In this document: positions 1 to 9,457 of the stretch, piece by piece
How positions within the stretch are numbered: position 1 is the stretch's first letter
Layout: each line of letters opens with the position of its first letter
Source of the DNA: Alphaproteobacteria bacterium
GTDB taxonomy: Bacteria > Pseudomonadota > Alphaproteobacteria > UBA2966
Assembly: GCA_964291395.2 (NCBI GenBank)
Contig: OZ219858.1
Span: 1,024,001 to 1,088,000 of the forward strand
Length of the DNA: 64,000 nt
Reading direction: 5' to 3'
Notes under the pieces: generated by a model
Database searches by the model: none
Seen by the model: the letters and a program-made list of their open reading frames with translations, nothing else
What the model was told of the DNA's origin: nothing
Translations under genes and position numbers: made by a program

Positions 1-1133
1 TCGTCCGGGTGACGTTCGGCGATATCGAGGTGGACGGCCGTGAAATAGGCGAGCGCCCGGGTGGCCTCCGTATGCGCCTTCATGGTCATCAGCATGTGAC
101 GGACGTCGGGGTGCTGCACGATGGGCACGGCGTCCGCGCTCGATCCGTCCACAGGACGTCCCTGCACGCGCTCGCGCGCGTAGGCGAGCGCCTGCTGGAA
201 GGCGCGCTCGGCGATCGCGATTCCCTCGAGCCCGACGTCGAGGCGGGCCATGTTCATCATCGTGAACATGCAGCGCATGCCGTCGTTCTCTTCGCCGATG
301 AGGTATCCGATGGCGCCTTCCGACTCCCCGAAGGACATGACGGCCGTGGGGCTTGCGTTGATTCCGAGCTTGTGTTCGAGCGAGACGCACCTGAGGTCGT
401 TCCGTCTGCCGGGGCTGCCGTCCGGATCGACGAGGAACTTCGGCACGATGAAGCAGGATATCCCCTTCGTGCCGGGTGGCGAGTCCGGAGTCCGGGCCAA
501 CACCATGTGGATGATGTTGTCGGCCATGTCGTGCTCGCCCCAGGTGATGAAGATCTTGGTGCCTTTGATGCGATAGTGATCTCCCGCGGGCACGGCGCGG
601 GACCTCAGAGCGCCCACATCGGACCCGGCGTGCGGTTCGGTCAGGTTCATGGTGCCCGACCATTCGCCGCTGATCAGTTTCGCGAGATAGGTCCGCTTCT
701 GCTCTTCGCTGCCATGATGGACGAGCAGGTCGACGGCGCCGTGGGTGAGCATCGGGCACAGGCTGAAGGACAGATTTGACGCCGCGACCATCTCGTTCAC
801 CGCCGTGCCGACGGCGCGCGGCAGGCCCTGGCCGCCGTAGTCCGGATCGAACGGGACGCCTCCCCAACCGCCTTCGATGAATTTCGCGTAGGCCTCCTTG
901 AAGCCTTCCGGCGTGGAGACCACGCCGTTCTCCAGACGGGTGCCCGCCTTGTCGCCGGAATGGTTGAGCGGTGCCAGTTCGTTGGCCGTGAAGCGTCCCG
1001 CCTCGCCCAGGATGGCATCTATGAGATCGGAAGAGAGATCTTCGAATTCCGTGAGCTCGGATAGCGCCTCGACGCCCGCGACCGCGTCGAGCACGAATCG
1101 CATCTCGCGAAGGGGGGCTGTGTATCCGCTCAT
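1..1133 (-). CDS. Acyl-CoA dehydrogenase (DmdC/MMPA-CoA dehydrogenase-like); 3' end lies outside the window
   Basis: Manual minus-strand translation from ATG at 1133: MSGYTAPLREMRFVL...YGGQGLP...GTMNLTEPHAGSDVG...KIFITWGEHDMADNIIHMVLAR...EHKLGINASPT. Confidence 0.92.
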   Translation of the reverse strand, partial: MSGYTAPLREMRFVLDAVAGVEALSELTEFEDLSSDLIDAILGEAGRFTANELAPLNHSGDKAGTRLENGVVSTPEGFKEAYAKFIEGGWGGVPFDPDYGGQGLPRAVGTAVNEMVAASNLSFSLCPMLTHGAVDLLVHHGSEEQKRTYLAKLISGEWSGTMNLTEPHAGSDVGALRSRAVPAGDHYRIKGTKIFITWGEHDMADNIIHMVLARTPDSPPGTKGISCFIVPKFLVDPDGSPGRRNDLRCVSLEHKLGINASPTAVMSFGESEGAIGYLIGEENDGMRCMFTMMNMARLDVGLEGIAIAERAFQQALAYARERVQGRPVDGSSADAVPIVQHPDVRHMLMTMKAHTEATRALAYFTAVHLDIAERHPD

Positions 1134-1172
1134 GGCAAGCCTCGAGAGTGCAAGACCGTCCGCTTCGGGCCG

Positions 1173-1221
1173 GATACATATGGCATGGAAGCCCGCACGG
1201 GGCAAAGAGACGGAAACGGGG
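1173..1221 (+). repeat. Displaced copy (part A) of the tsaC 5' region
   Basis: 48/49 nt identical to 3293-3341 (gatacatatggcatggaagcccgcacggggcaaagagacggaaacgggg). Confidence 0.95.
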
Positions 1222-1442
1222 GGCAGTGACTCGGTTTGAAATCTGACGCTTGCGGTAGGTCTTCAGACGGTTCGGTCCACGAGCCGTTCAGCCGACGTGC
1301 ACATCGAAGCCTCCACGAGATTCCTGCACCGTGCGATGGTCTTCACCTGCTTGTCGTCGAGCCGTTCCCCGATCGTCGGCAGGTTTTCGCCGAAGCGGAG
1401 ACCCCGAGGAGAGCCTGCGAACCATGCGAATCACGACCGTCG

Positions 1443-1766
1443 TCATTTCGCCGCCACCGCCTCGCCCTCATGTCCCGCGTCGACGCGAACCGTAACCCGT
1501 AGATTGCCGTCGAGCGCCGCGAGCATCTTCATCAGCCGGTCCAGCGTGAACCGGCCGAGATCGGCGCTGCGAATGCGCGAGAAATCCGCCGCCGCAAACC
1601 GGGTCAGCTCACCGGCCTTTCGGACAGACAGCCCGCGGTTTTCCAGAACCGCGACGATGCGGGCCGCGACGATGGCCTTGGCCTGCTTCAGGTCCGCGTC
1701 GGGATCCCCGAGGTCGCGGAACACGTTGCCGCTCCCCTCGACCAGTTCGAAGTCGCTCTCGGTCAT
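1443..1766 (-). CDS. HigA-like XRE/HTH antitoxin
   Basis: GSGNVFRDLGDPDADLKQAKA...HTH...FTLDRL; start overlaps the stop of the upstream RelE-like toxin. Confidence 0.9.
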   Translation of the reverse strand: MTESDFELVEGSGNVFRDLGDPDADLKQAKAIVAARIVAVLENRGLSVRKAGELTRFAAADFSRIRSADLGRFTLDRLMKMLAALDGNLRVTVRVDAGHEGEAVAAK

Positions 1767-2113
1767 GATGACAGTTCCCTTCTCAAGCGCGCCAGCCGGC
1801 TACCGATAAGGTCGATTTCCGCTTTCGGCGTCCTGATTCCGGATTTCGACTTCTTCCGGAACGCGTGGATCACCCAAAGGCAGTCTGCCACTTCCGTCAC
1901 GTAGACCACCCGTCAAGCGTCCGTCCGGTATCGGATGGCGATCTCCATGACGTCCGACCCGAAGCCCTTCAGCGGCTTCGCGATATCGGCCTTGCCGCCC
2001 TCTGCCGCGATCGTCAACGCCGTGTTGACCCGATCCCGTACGGCCAAAGGAAATGACTCGAACACCTTCCGTGCCGCGCCGACCCAACCGATCGGTCTCG
2101 TGTCGTGGTTCAT
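1763..2113 (-). pseudogene. RelE/HigB (Gp49-like) toxin with an in-frame TGA at 1913-1915
   Basis: AKPLKGFGSDVMEIAIRYRTDA*RVVYV...WVIHAFRKKSKSGIRTPKAEIDLI continues in the same frame to a TGA overlapping the antitoxin ATG. Confidence 0.88.
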
Positions 2114-2120
2114 GGCCTAC

Positions 2121-2147
2121 GTTGTCAATAATGACTACACCTGTCAA
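2121..2147 (-). promoter_or_regulatory. Putative promoter/operator of the higBA-like pair
   Basis: Minus-strand TTGACA at 2142-2147 and imperfect palindrome GTTGTCA-ATAA-TGACTAC at 2121-2138, just upstream of the toxin ATG. Confidence 0.55.
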
Positions 2148-2226
2148 TGGACCAGGCGCCGGGCGCGTCGTTTCGATGGACGTGCCCCCAAGGTATTCTC
2201 GTCATTGTGTCGACCCGGCATTCGGC

Positions 2227-2319
2227 GTTTGGCCGGTGGCCGGAAATGGGCCGAAGCAAACGGACGGGATCGGCGTCGTGGCTGCAACGCCGGAGTCCAT
2301 CTCGCGGGCGGCCCGACGC
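2227..2319 (+). repeat. Displaced copy (part B) of the tsaC 5' region
   Basis: 86/93 nt identical to 3341-3433; resumes where part A stops. Confidence 0.95.
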
Positions 2320-2418
2320 TTTTCCTCCGGGCCCCGCATGGTGCCGATTGTCATTTCCGAGGGACCGCCGACGGCCTGAACGGGCGTAGCGCGAACCCGA
2401 TCGCCGACACGCCGGCGC

Positions 2419-2456
2419 TTGCACGCCGTCCGGACATTTGATAACAATTTGATAAC
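2419..2456 (+). promoter_or_regulatory. Putative promoter/operator of the fitAB/vapBC pair
   Basis: TTGCAC at 2419 followed by direct repeat ATTTGATAAC at 2436-2445 and 2447-2456 (11-bp period), upstream of an RHH antitoxin. Confidence 0.5.
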
Positions 2457-2476
2457 CGACGCCTGGAGGCCAACCG

Positions 2477-2737
2477 GTGGTGACAATCAATGTGCGGCGG
2501 CTCGACGAAGACGTGGTGGACCGCCTCAAGCGGCGCGCTGCGCTGAACAACCGCTCCCTGGAGGGCGAGGCGCGCCACATTCTGCAATGCGCGGCCGACG
2601 ACGACATGGCGGCGAAACGCGCCGCGTTCCTGGAGGCGTCGGCTCGGCTGCGTAGAAAGACCAAGGGTCGCAAGCAGACCCCGGCGGAAGTGCTGATCCG
2701 CGAGGACCGTGACCACGGTCATCGCGACAACTTCTGA
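2477..2737 (+). CDS. FitA/VapB-like ribbon-helix-helix antitoxin
   Basis: TINVRRLDEDVVDRLKRRAALNNRSLEGEARHIL; GGAGG RBS; coupled to the PIN toxin. Confidence 0.9.
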   Translation: MVTINVRRLDEDVVDRLKRRAALNNRSLEGEARHILQCAADDDMAAKRAAFLEASARLRRKTKGRKQTPAEVLIREDRDHGHRDNF

Positions 2738-3165
2738 TGCGCTTCGTCGTCGATGCGAGCGTGGCGGTCAAGTGGCTGGTCGAGGAGCCCGATTCGGATG
2801 CCGCGCAGGAACTGGCGGAGAGCGGGGAAGACCTGCACGCACCGCGCCTGATGGCTTCCGAGGTCGCCAATGCGCTGTGGCACAAGGCGCGGCTGGGTCA
2901 GATCGAACGCGCCGATGCAGGCGCCGCCCTGGCTTGGGCGCCCGACATGCCGGTGCGCTGGAACGACGATGAGACCGTCAGCGCGGATGCGGTCCGTCTG
3001 GCGCTGGCCCTCGACCGCCCGGTCTACGACTGCGTGTATCTCGCGCTCGCGCACCGCATCGGCGCGGTCGTGCTGACGGCGGATCTTCGCTTCGCGAATG
3101 CGCTTGCCCCGACCGAACATGGCGAGTCCGTTCTGACGCTGACCGACTACGCCGGGACACGGTGA
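2737..3165 (+). CDS. vapC: VapC PIN-domain toxin (appears intact)
   Basis: FVVDASVAVKW...EVANAL...VYDCVYLALA...LTAD acidic PIN residues. Confidence 0.92.
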   Translation: MRFVVDASVAVKWLVEEPDSDAAQELAESGEDLHAPRLMASEVANALWHKARLGQIERADAGAALAWAPDMPVRWNDDETVSADAVRLALALDRPVYDCVYLALAHRIGAVVLTADLRFANALAPTEHGESVLTLTDYAGTR

Positions 3166-3304
3166 TGCGCCTCGCCCGGCTGCTCGGGCGCCGGATCGCG
3201 CGCGAGCGCTTCGAGGCGGCCCGAACCGCCAACGACAACACGCCGGCCTGGGGGCCGTTATTATTCACGCGTATTTTCGGGACGGAACACTAGATACACA
3301 TGGC

Positions 3305-4345
3305 ATGGAAGCCCGCACGGGGCAAAGAGACGGAAACGGGGTTTGGCCGGTGACCGGAAATGGGCTGAAGCAAGCGGACGGGACCGGCGTCGTGGCGGCG
3401 ACGCCGGAGTCCGTCTCGCGGGCGGCCCGACGCCTTCGGGATGGGGAGATCGTCGCGTTCCCCACCGAGACGGTGTACGGCCTGGGGGCGGACGCCACGA
3501 ACGACGATGCGGTCGCCGCCGTCTACGCGGCCAAGGGCCGGCCCGCGTCCAATCCGTTGATCGTCCATGTCGCGAAGCCCGATGCGGCCAGGGATCTCGC
3601 GCGCTTCGACGGGCGGGCCGAGGCGCTGGCCGCGACGTTCTGGCCCGGCCCTCTCACGCTCATCCTCTCGAAGCAGGCGGGGTGCGCGATTGCGGGACGC
3701 GCGTGCGCCGGGCGGGATACCGTCGCCCTGAGAGTGCCCGGCGGCGACGTCGCCCTTGCCCTGATCCGCTCGGCCGGCCGGCCGATCGCCGGGCCCAGTG
3801 CCAATCTCTCCGGACGACCGAGCCCGACCACGGCCCGACACGTTCATGAAGGCTTGGGCGATGCGGTCTCGATGATCCTGGATGGCGGTCCATGCACCGT
3901 CGGGATCGAGTCCACGATCATGGACCTGACCGGCGGCGAGCCGTTGTTGCTGCGCCCGGGCGGGGTGCCCGTCGAAGCGATCGAAGAACTCATCGGTCCC
4001 GTCGGCCGGCCGCACGGCGCGGGCCAGGCGGTCCCGACCTCCCCCGGGCGGGCGGAGAGCCATTACGCGCCGAATCTGCCTGTCCGGCTGGGAGCCACCC
4101 ATGCGGATCCGGATGAAGCGTTGCTTGCGTTCGGTCCGGCGGTCCCCGGCGGCGCGGCGAAGACGCTCAACCTCAGCGCCGCGGGCGACGTCATCGAAGC
4201 GGCGACGAACCTGTTCCGCATGTTGCTGGAACTCGATGCGCCCGATTTCAAGCGCATCGCCGTGATGACGGTCCCGGAGACCGGGGTGGGCCGCGCCGTC
4301 AACGACCGGCTCCGGCGCGCCGCGGCGCCCCGGCCGGACTCCTGA
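3305..4345 (+). CDS. tsaC: L-threonylcarbamoyladenylate synthase (Sua5/TsaC); GTG at 3350 is an alternative start
   Basis: AFPTETVYGLGADA, KGRPASNPLIVH, PSANLSG, GIESTI, SPG..SHYAP, Sua5 C-terminal domain. Confidence 0.96.
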   Translation: MEARTGQRDGNGVWPVTGNGLKQADGTGVVAATPESVSRAARRLRDGEIVAFPTETVYGLGADATNDDAVAAVYAAKGRPASNPLIVHVAKPDAARDLARFDGRAEALAATFWPGPLTLILSKQAGCAIAGRACAGRDTVALRVPGGDVALALIRSAGRPIAGPSANLSGRPSPTTARHVHEGLGDAVSMILDGGPCTVGIESTIMDLTGGEPLLLRPGGVPVEAIEELIGPVGRPHGAGQAVPTSPGRAESHYAPNLPVRLGATHADPDEALLAFGPAVPGGAAKTLNLSAAGDVIEAATNLFRMLLELDAPDFKRIAVMTVPETGVGRAVNDRLRRAAAPRPDS

Positions 4346-4393
4346 GCCGTCACCCGGCTTGTCCCGGCCCGGGTCATCGGATACACCGGAGAG

Positions 4394-5842
4394 ATGAGCG
4401 AACAGGCGAACCGGAAATTCGCTCTTCAAGGCCTGGAACGGGCAGTGTCCCGGATCACCGCCGTCGTCGGCCCCAAGGGGTGGACCGACGACCCGCGGGT
4501 CCTCGCGCCCCATCTCGAGGAACGGCGGGGCCTGTTCCATGGCGTGACCCCGGTCATGGTGTCGCCCGCCAGTACCGGGGACGTCGCGGAGGTCGTCCGG
4601 ATTTGCGCGGCGGCGGGCGTTGCCGTTGTGCCCCAGGGGGGTAATACGGGCCTCTGCGGGGGCGCCGTTCCCGACGAAAGCGGTGTCCAGATCCTGCTGT
4701 CTTTGGCCCGGCTCAATCGAATCCGCGAGATCGACGCCGCCGGCGGCACCATGACGGTGGAGGCCGGTTGCATCCTCGCCGACGTACAAGCCGCCGCTGC
4801 GGATGCCGATCGCCTGTTTCCCCTGAGCCTTGCGGCGGAGGGTAGCTGCCAGATCGGCGGCAACCTCTCCACGAACGCCGGAGGCACGGCGGTCCTGCGC
4901 TATGGAAACGCGCGCGATCTGGTGCTCGGCCTGGAGGTCGTGCTGCCCGATGGGCAGATATGGAACGGGCTCCGAAAGCTGAGGAAGGACAACACGGGAT
5001 ACGATCTCAAGCAGATGTTCATCGGCAGCGAGGGAACGCTGGGAATCGTTACGGCCGCGGTGCTCAGGCTGTTTCCTCGGCCGCGCTCGGTGGTGACGGC
5101 GTTCGCCGGCATGCGGGACGTCGCGAGTGCGCTGGAACTCCTCGACAGGACGCGCGCGGCATGCGGCGACGCGATTACGGGTTTCGAGCTCATGTCCCGC
5201 ATCTGTCTCGACTTCTGCTTCCGCCACATCCCGAACACGCGCGATCCCCTGGAAGAGGAACACCCGTGGTACGTGCTCGTCGAGCTTCAGTCGGGAGTCG
5301 CGGGAACCGGCCTGAAGGAGGCCGTCGAGGAGGCCTTCGCCGCCGCTTTCGAGGCCGGTGTGATCGGGGATGCCGCGATCGCGGCAAGCGAAGCGCAGGC
5401 CCTCGCCATGTGGAAGCTGCGGGAGTCGATCCCCGAATCGGAGCTGCACGAGGGCGGCAGCATCAAACACGACGTTTCCGTCCCTTTGCCCGATATTCCT
5501 GCCTTTCTGGACCGGGCCGAACGGGCCGTGGAGAAGGCCGTCCCGGGCGTCCGTATCGTAGCGTTCGGGCACCTCGGGGACGGCAACATCCACTTCAACG
5601 TCGGTCAACCGGTGGGGGCCGACAAGGAAGCGTATCTTGCCCGCTGGAACTGCGTGAACGAAATCGTTCACGATATCGTCGCGAGCTTCGACGGTAGCAT
5701 CAGTGCCGAGCACGGACTGGGCCGCCTGAAGCGCGACGAGATCACCCGTTACAAGTCGACGCTGGAGATCGATCTCATGACCAGGATAAAGGCGGCACTG
5801 GATCCCGACGGAATCCTGAACCCGGGCAAGGTCGTTCAATGA
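4394..5842 (+). CDS. FAD-linked oxidase (D-2-hydroxyacid/D-2-hydroxyglutarate dehydrogenase-like)
   Basis: PQGGNTGL, GGNLSTNAGG, LRKDNTGYDL, FGHLGDGNIH, SISAEHGLG, DP.GILNPGK. Confidence 0.93.
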   Translation: MSEQANRKFALQGLERAVSRITAVVGPKGWTDDPRVLAPHLEERRGLFHGVTPVMVSPASTGDVAEVVRICAAAGVAVVPQGGNTGLCGGAVPDESGVQILLSLARLNRIREIDAAGGTMTVEAGCILADVQAAAADADRLFPLSLAAEGSCQIGGNLSTNAGGTAVLRYGNARDLVLGLEVVLPDGQIWNGLRKLRKDNTGYDLKQMFIGSEGTLGIVTAAVLRLFPRPRSVVTAFAGMRDVASALELLDRTRAACGDAITGFELMSRICLDFCFRHIPNTRDPLEEEHPWYVLVELQSGVAGTGLKEAVEEAFAAAFEAGVIGDAAIAASEAQALAMWKLRESIPESELHEGGSIKHDVSVPLPDIPAFLDRAERAVEKAVPGVRIVAFGHLGDGNIHFNVGQPVGADKEAYLARWNCVNEIVHDIVASFDGSISAEHGLGRLKRDEITRYKSTLEIDLMTRIKAALDPDGILNPGKVVQ

Positions 5843-5868
5843 CCGCCCGTGCCGGATACGGGATCTGA

Positions 5869-7965
5869 ATGTCCGTGGGGGACGCGCACGCTTCGCCGCC
5901 GGCTGCCCCGTGGCGCATCGGGGTCGACGTCGGCGGGACCTTTACCGACATGGTGCTGGCGGACGCGGCGGGCGTGACGCGTTCGTTCAAGGTGCCGTCG
6001 GTGCCCGACGACCCGAGCGAGGGCGTGCTGCGCGTGCTCCGGGCCGCGGCGGACGCCTTCGGAGAGCCGGTCGAGGCGCTTCTGGAATCCTGCGGCCTCT
6101 TCGTTCACGGCTCCACGGTGGCGACCAACACGATGCTGGAAGGCGCGGGCGCGACGGTCGGTCTTCTGACCACCCGCGGATTCCGTGACAGCCTGGAAAT
6201 CCGACGAGGCTTCCGCGAAAACCAGTGGGATCACCGCCGGCCGTTCCCGCCGGTTCTGGTGCCCCGCTACCTTCGGCTGTCGGTGGGAGGGCGGATTGAT
6301 CGCGACGGCCGCGAGATCGAGCCGTTCGTAGCCGCGGACGTCGAGGCGGCCCTCGAAGAGTTCAGGCTGGAACGGGTCGAGGCGATTGCGGTCGCGCTGA
6401 TCAACAGTTTCCTGAACCCGATCCACGAACAGGCGTGTGCCGAGATCATTCGCGGTACATGGGATGGCGACCCGGATCTCGTGTCCCTGTCGAGCGAGAT
6501 CATGCCCATCATGGGAGAGTATGAGCGCACCTCCACGACGGTTGTGAACGCCTATCTGGCACCGCGGGTCGTGCCCTATTTGAAGGAATTGAATGCCCGT
6601 CTGGCGGCGCTGGGGCTCAGGCGTCCCTTCCTGCTGGTCCAGAGCAACGGCGGCATGACGTCCGTGGAACGCATCGCCACGCGGCCCGTAAATCTCCTGC
6701 TTTCCGGTCCGGCAGCCGGTGTCGGCGCGCTGAACGCCTACCGAAAGGCCTCGAAGACCGGAAACCTCATCTCGATGGAGATCGGCGGCACCAGCTGCGA
6801 CGTCATGCTGATGGGGCGGGGCGCCGTCCCCGTGCACGACGAGCTCATGGTCGCCGGGTACCACGTCGCCACCCCGTCCGTGGACATTCATACGATCGGT
6901 GCGGGCGGCGGCACCATCGCCGGAGTCGACGAGGGTGGCATGCTGTTCGTCGGACCCCGTGGTGCCGGCGCCCAGCCGGGACCGGCCTGTTACGGGTTCG
7001 GTGGAACCGAACCCACCGTCACGGACGCGCAGCTCGTTCTGGGCCGGTTGCGGCCCGGGTCTTATGCGGACGGTTCGATCTCGCTTGACCGGGACTTGGC
7101 CGACTCCGCCATAAAGCGCCTCGTCGCCGAGCCGCTGGGGTTGAGCGTCGAAGACGCCGCCGTCGGCATCGTCCGCGTCGTCGAGCAGCATCTCCTGCTC
7201 GCCGTTCAACGCATCAGTATCGAGCGGGGACGGGACCCCCGGGAGTTCACCCTCGTTGCCGCCGGCGGGGCGGGCCCCATGCATGGCGCCCCGGTCGGTC
7301 GAACCCTCGGCTGCGCCCGCGTCTACGTGCCGCGGCATTCGGGCGTGTTCTGTGCCCTGGGCATGCTCCATACGAACGTCCGCCACGACATCACGCGCGT
7401 GTTCCTGTCGACGATCGACGACGCCGATCCCGACGAGTTGGAAGCCGGGTTCGGCCGGTTGGAAGACGAGGCGCGGGCCATGCTGGCGGGGGAGGGCTTC
7501 GACGGGGACGCGGTCCGTCTCGCACGGGAGCTCGATCTCTCCTACCGCGGCCAACAGTGGGTCGTGCGCGTCGCCCTGGGTGACGGGGGCGGCCGGGATG
7601 CGGCGGACGTCCGGAAGCGGTTCGAAGAGGAATACGATCGCCTGTACGGGCATACCCAGCCCGAGGGAATAATCGAGGTCAGCAATCAACGCGTGGTCGG
7701 AACCGGCATGCTGCCCGGGTTGACACTCGGCGGTGTCCGGAAGGCCGCCGGCGATCCGGAGCCTTTGGAGACCCGGTCGGCGTTCGTGAGTCCCGAGATC
7801 GGCTGGCGGGACATTCCCGTCTACGCCGGCGCCGATCTCCAACCGGGCCACGGTATCGACGGACCGCTGCTCGTCGAGGAGCGGACCACGACCGTGCTGG
7901 TGGGCGCGGGTGATCGCCTCGAGATCGACGAGGCCGACAACCTCGTCATACGTCTGTCGACGTGA
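5869..7965 (+). CDS. Hydantoinase/oxoprolinase A subunit family
   Basis: IGVDVGGTFTD, HGSTVATN, EYERTSTT, SGPAAG, IGAGGG, PGPACYG, PTVTDA. Confidence 0.93.
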   Translation: MSVGDAHASPPAAPWRIGVDVGGTFTDMVLADAAGVTRSFKVPSVPDDPSEGVLRVLRAAADAFGEPVEALLESCGLFVHGSTVATNTMLEGAGATVGLLTTRGFRDSLEIRRGFRENQWDHRRPFPPVLVPRYLRLSVGGRIDRDGREIEPFVAADVEAALEEFRLERVEAIAVALINSFLNPIHEQACAEIIRGTWDGDPDLVSLSSEIMPIMGEYERTSTTVVNAYLAPRVVPYLKELNARLAALGLRRPFLLVQSNGGMTSVERIATRPVNLLLSGPAAGVGALNAYRKASKTGNLISMEIGGTSCDVMLMGRGAVPVHDELMVAGYHVATPSVDIHTIGAGGGTIAGVDEGGMLFVGPRGAGAQPGPACYGFGGTEPTVTDAQLVLGRLRPGSYADGSISLDRDLADSAIKRLVAEPLGLSVEDAAVGIVRVVEQHLLLAVQRISIERGRDPREFTLVAAGGAGPMHGAPVGRTLGCARVYVPRHSGVFCALGMLHTNVRHDITRVFLSTIDDADPDELEAGFGRLEDEARAMLAGEGFDGDAVRLARELDLSYRGQQWVVRVALGDGGGRDAADVRKRFEEEYDRLYGHTQPEGIIEVSNQRVVGTGMLPGLTLGGVRKAAGDPEPLETRSAFVSPEIGWRDIPVYAGADLQPGHGIDGPLLVEERTTTVLVGAGDRLEIDEADNLVIRLST

Positions 7966-8151
7966 GCCCGCGTCGTGGCTGAAGAGCGACGCCACCCACG
8001 CGCCGGGCTGCCCGAGAGCCAGGCGGGGCGGTGCTTGATATTCATAAAACTAGATATATAGTTATTTATTTCTGTCGTCGACTGCCGGTGCACGGCGTGG
8101 CTTGGGCAGGCTGCCATGTGTTCCCTCCGGCGGATTTTCGGTTTCCGCGCC

Positions 8152-8183
8152 GTCCGCCTAGTCTCGGCTAGTCTCGCCTAGTC
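8152..8183 (-). repeat. Tandem 10-mer (CCGAGACTAG on minus strand), about 3 units
   Basis: CTAG at 8158, 8168 and 8178, immediately after the modC stop. Confidence 0.85.
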
Positions 8184-9457
8184 ACGCTTGATTCCCCGGC
8201 AGGGTCGTCGCGGCGACCGACAGCGTCTCCCGATCGAATGCGATGGACTTGACCAGCGCGTATACCGGCAGCCCCGGCGCGAGCCGGAGGTCGGCGACGG
8301 ATTGGCGGGTTATGCGCGCCCGAAGCCGTCCGCCGCCGATGTCGATCAGGGTTTCCGCGTAGGCCGTCTCCGGGTCTTCGGCGATTTCCATGATCGTTCC
8401 CGAGAGAACGTTGCGCACGCTGATCGATCCTCGCCTTCGGGTCTGCGCGTGGCGAGCGACACGTCGCGCGCCCGGACGCGGAGCCTCACCTCGGCGCCGA
8501 TCGCAAGTCGGCCGGATTGGCGGGTTATGCGCGCCCGAAGCCGTCCGCCGCCGATGTCGATCAGGGTTTCCGCGTAGGCCGTCTCCGGGTCTTCGGCGAT
8601 TTCCATGATCGCGAGAGAACGTTGCGCACGCTGATCGATTCGGGTCTGCGCGTGCCCGTGGTGATCCAGATGCGTTACGTTACGTTGAATTTCTCGTCGT
8701 GACCCGTTACCCGCGCGGTGAGAATGACGCCGGCCTCGAATCGTCCCGTCTCGGGCTGCAGGTCGAGGCGTTCCAGCAGGTCCCGTACCGGTCCTTCCGC
8801 CAGTTTCCGGCCGGATGACAGGATGATCATCCGGTCCGCCAGGCGAGCCACTTCCGTGATGTCGTGACTGACGTAAAGAATGGGGATCGAGAGTTGTTCG
8901 TGGAGTGCCTCGAAGTACGGCAGAATCTCGTCCTTCGCCATCTGATCGAGGGAAGACAGCGGCTCGTCCATCAGCAGGAGGCGCGGTTGGGAGAGCAGGG
9001 CGCGGCCGACCGCGACGCGCTGACGCTCGCCGCCCGACAACGCCGCCGGGGCGCGGTCGAGAAGGTGTCCGATTCCCAGCAACCGGATGACGTCGTCCGA
9101 ACGAATGGTCGGCGGGGCACCCGAACGTTCGGCGCGCCGGGCCCCGTACAGCAGGTTCTTGTGCACCGACAAGTGTGTGAACAGGCTCGCGTCCTGAAAA
9201 ACGACCCCGATCGGCCGTTTGTGAGTCCCGAGGAACACGCCCGCGCCGTCGTCCTGCCAGGTCTCTCCGCCGACGACCAGCCGGCCGGACAGGCGCTGCA
9301 ATCCGGCGATACAGCGAAGGGTCGTGGACTTCCCGCAACCGGACGCTCCGAACAGGGCAGTGATGCCCCGCATCGGCGTTTCGAATGCGATATCGAGGGA
9401 GAAGGTGCCGAGGGCCCCCGCGAACGCCGCCCGAATCCGGTGCGGGTCCGCGGTCAC
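8182..9457 (-). pseudogene. modC: Molybdate ABC transporter ATPase, disrupted in the TOBE region
   Basis: GASGCGKS, LSGGERQR, LLMDEP; 5-bp duplication gives a stop at 8675; ~140-150 bp internal duplication (8298-8451 vs 8513-8654) and an 8-bp insertion. Confidence 0.85.

Noticed and set aside
1222-1440. Possible gene remnant on the minus strand (FGENLPTIGERLDDKQVKTIARC)
   Set aside because: Coding-like, but I could not assign a family or boundaries.
1913-1915. Selenocysteine or alternative genetic code at the toxin TGA
   Set aside because: The position is an aromatic residue rather than Cys in this family, and TGA terminates many intact genes here.
3290-5839. Long ORFs such as 849 aa (3290-5839), 719 aa, 791 aa, 745 aa and 746 aa
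   Set aside because: Antisense shadows of well-supported genes, expected at high GC.
8036-8072. ModE/Mo-box operator
   Set aside because: Lies downstream of modC and matches only one TATAT half-site.
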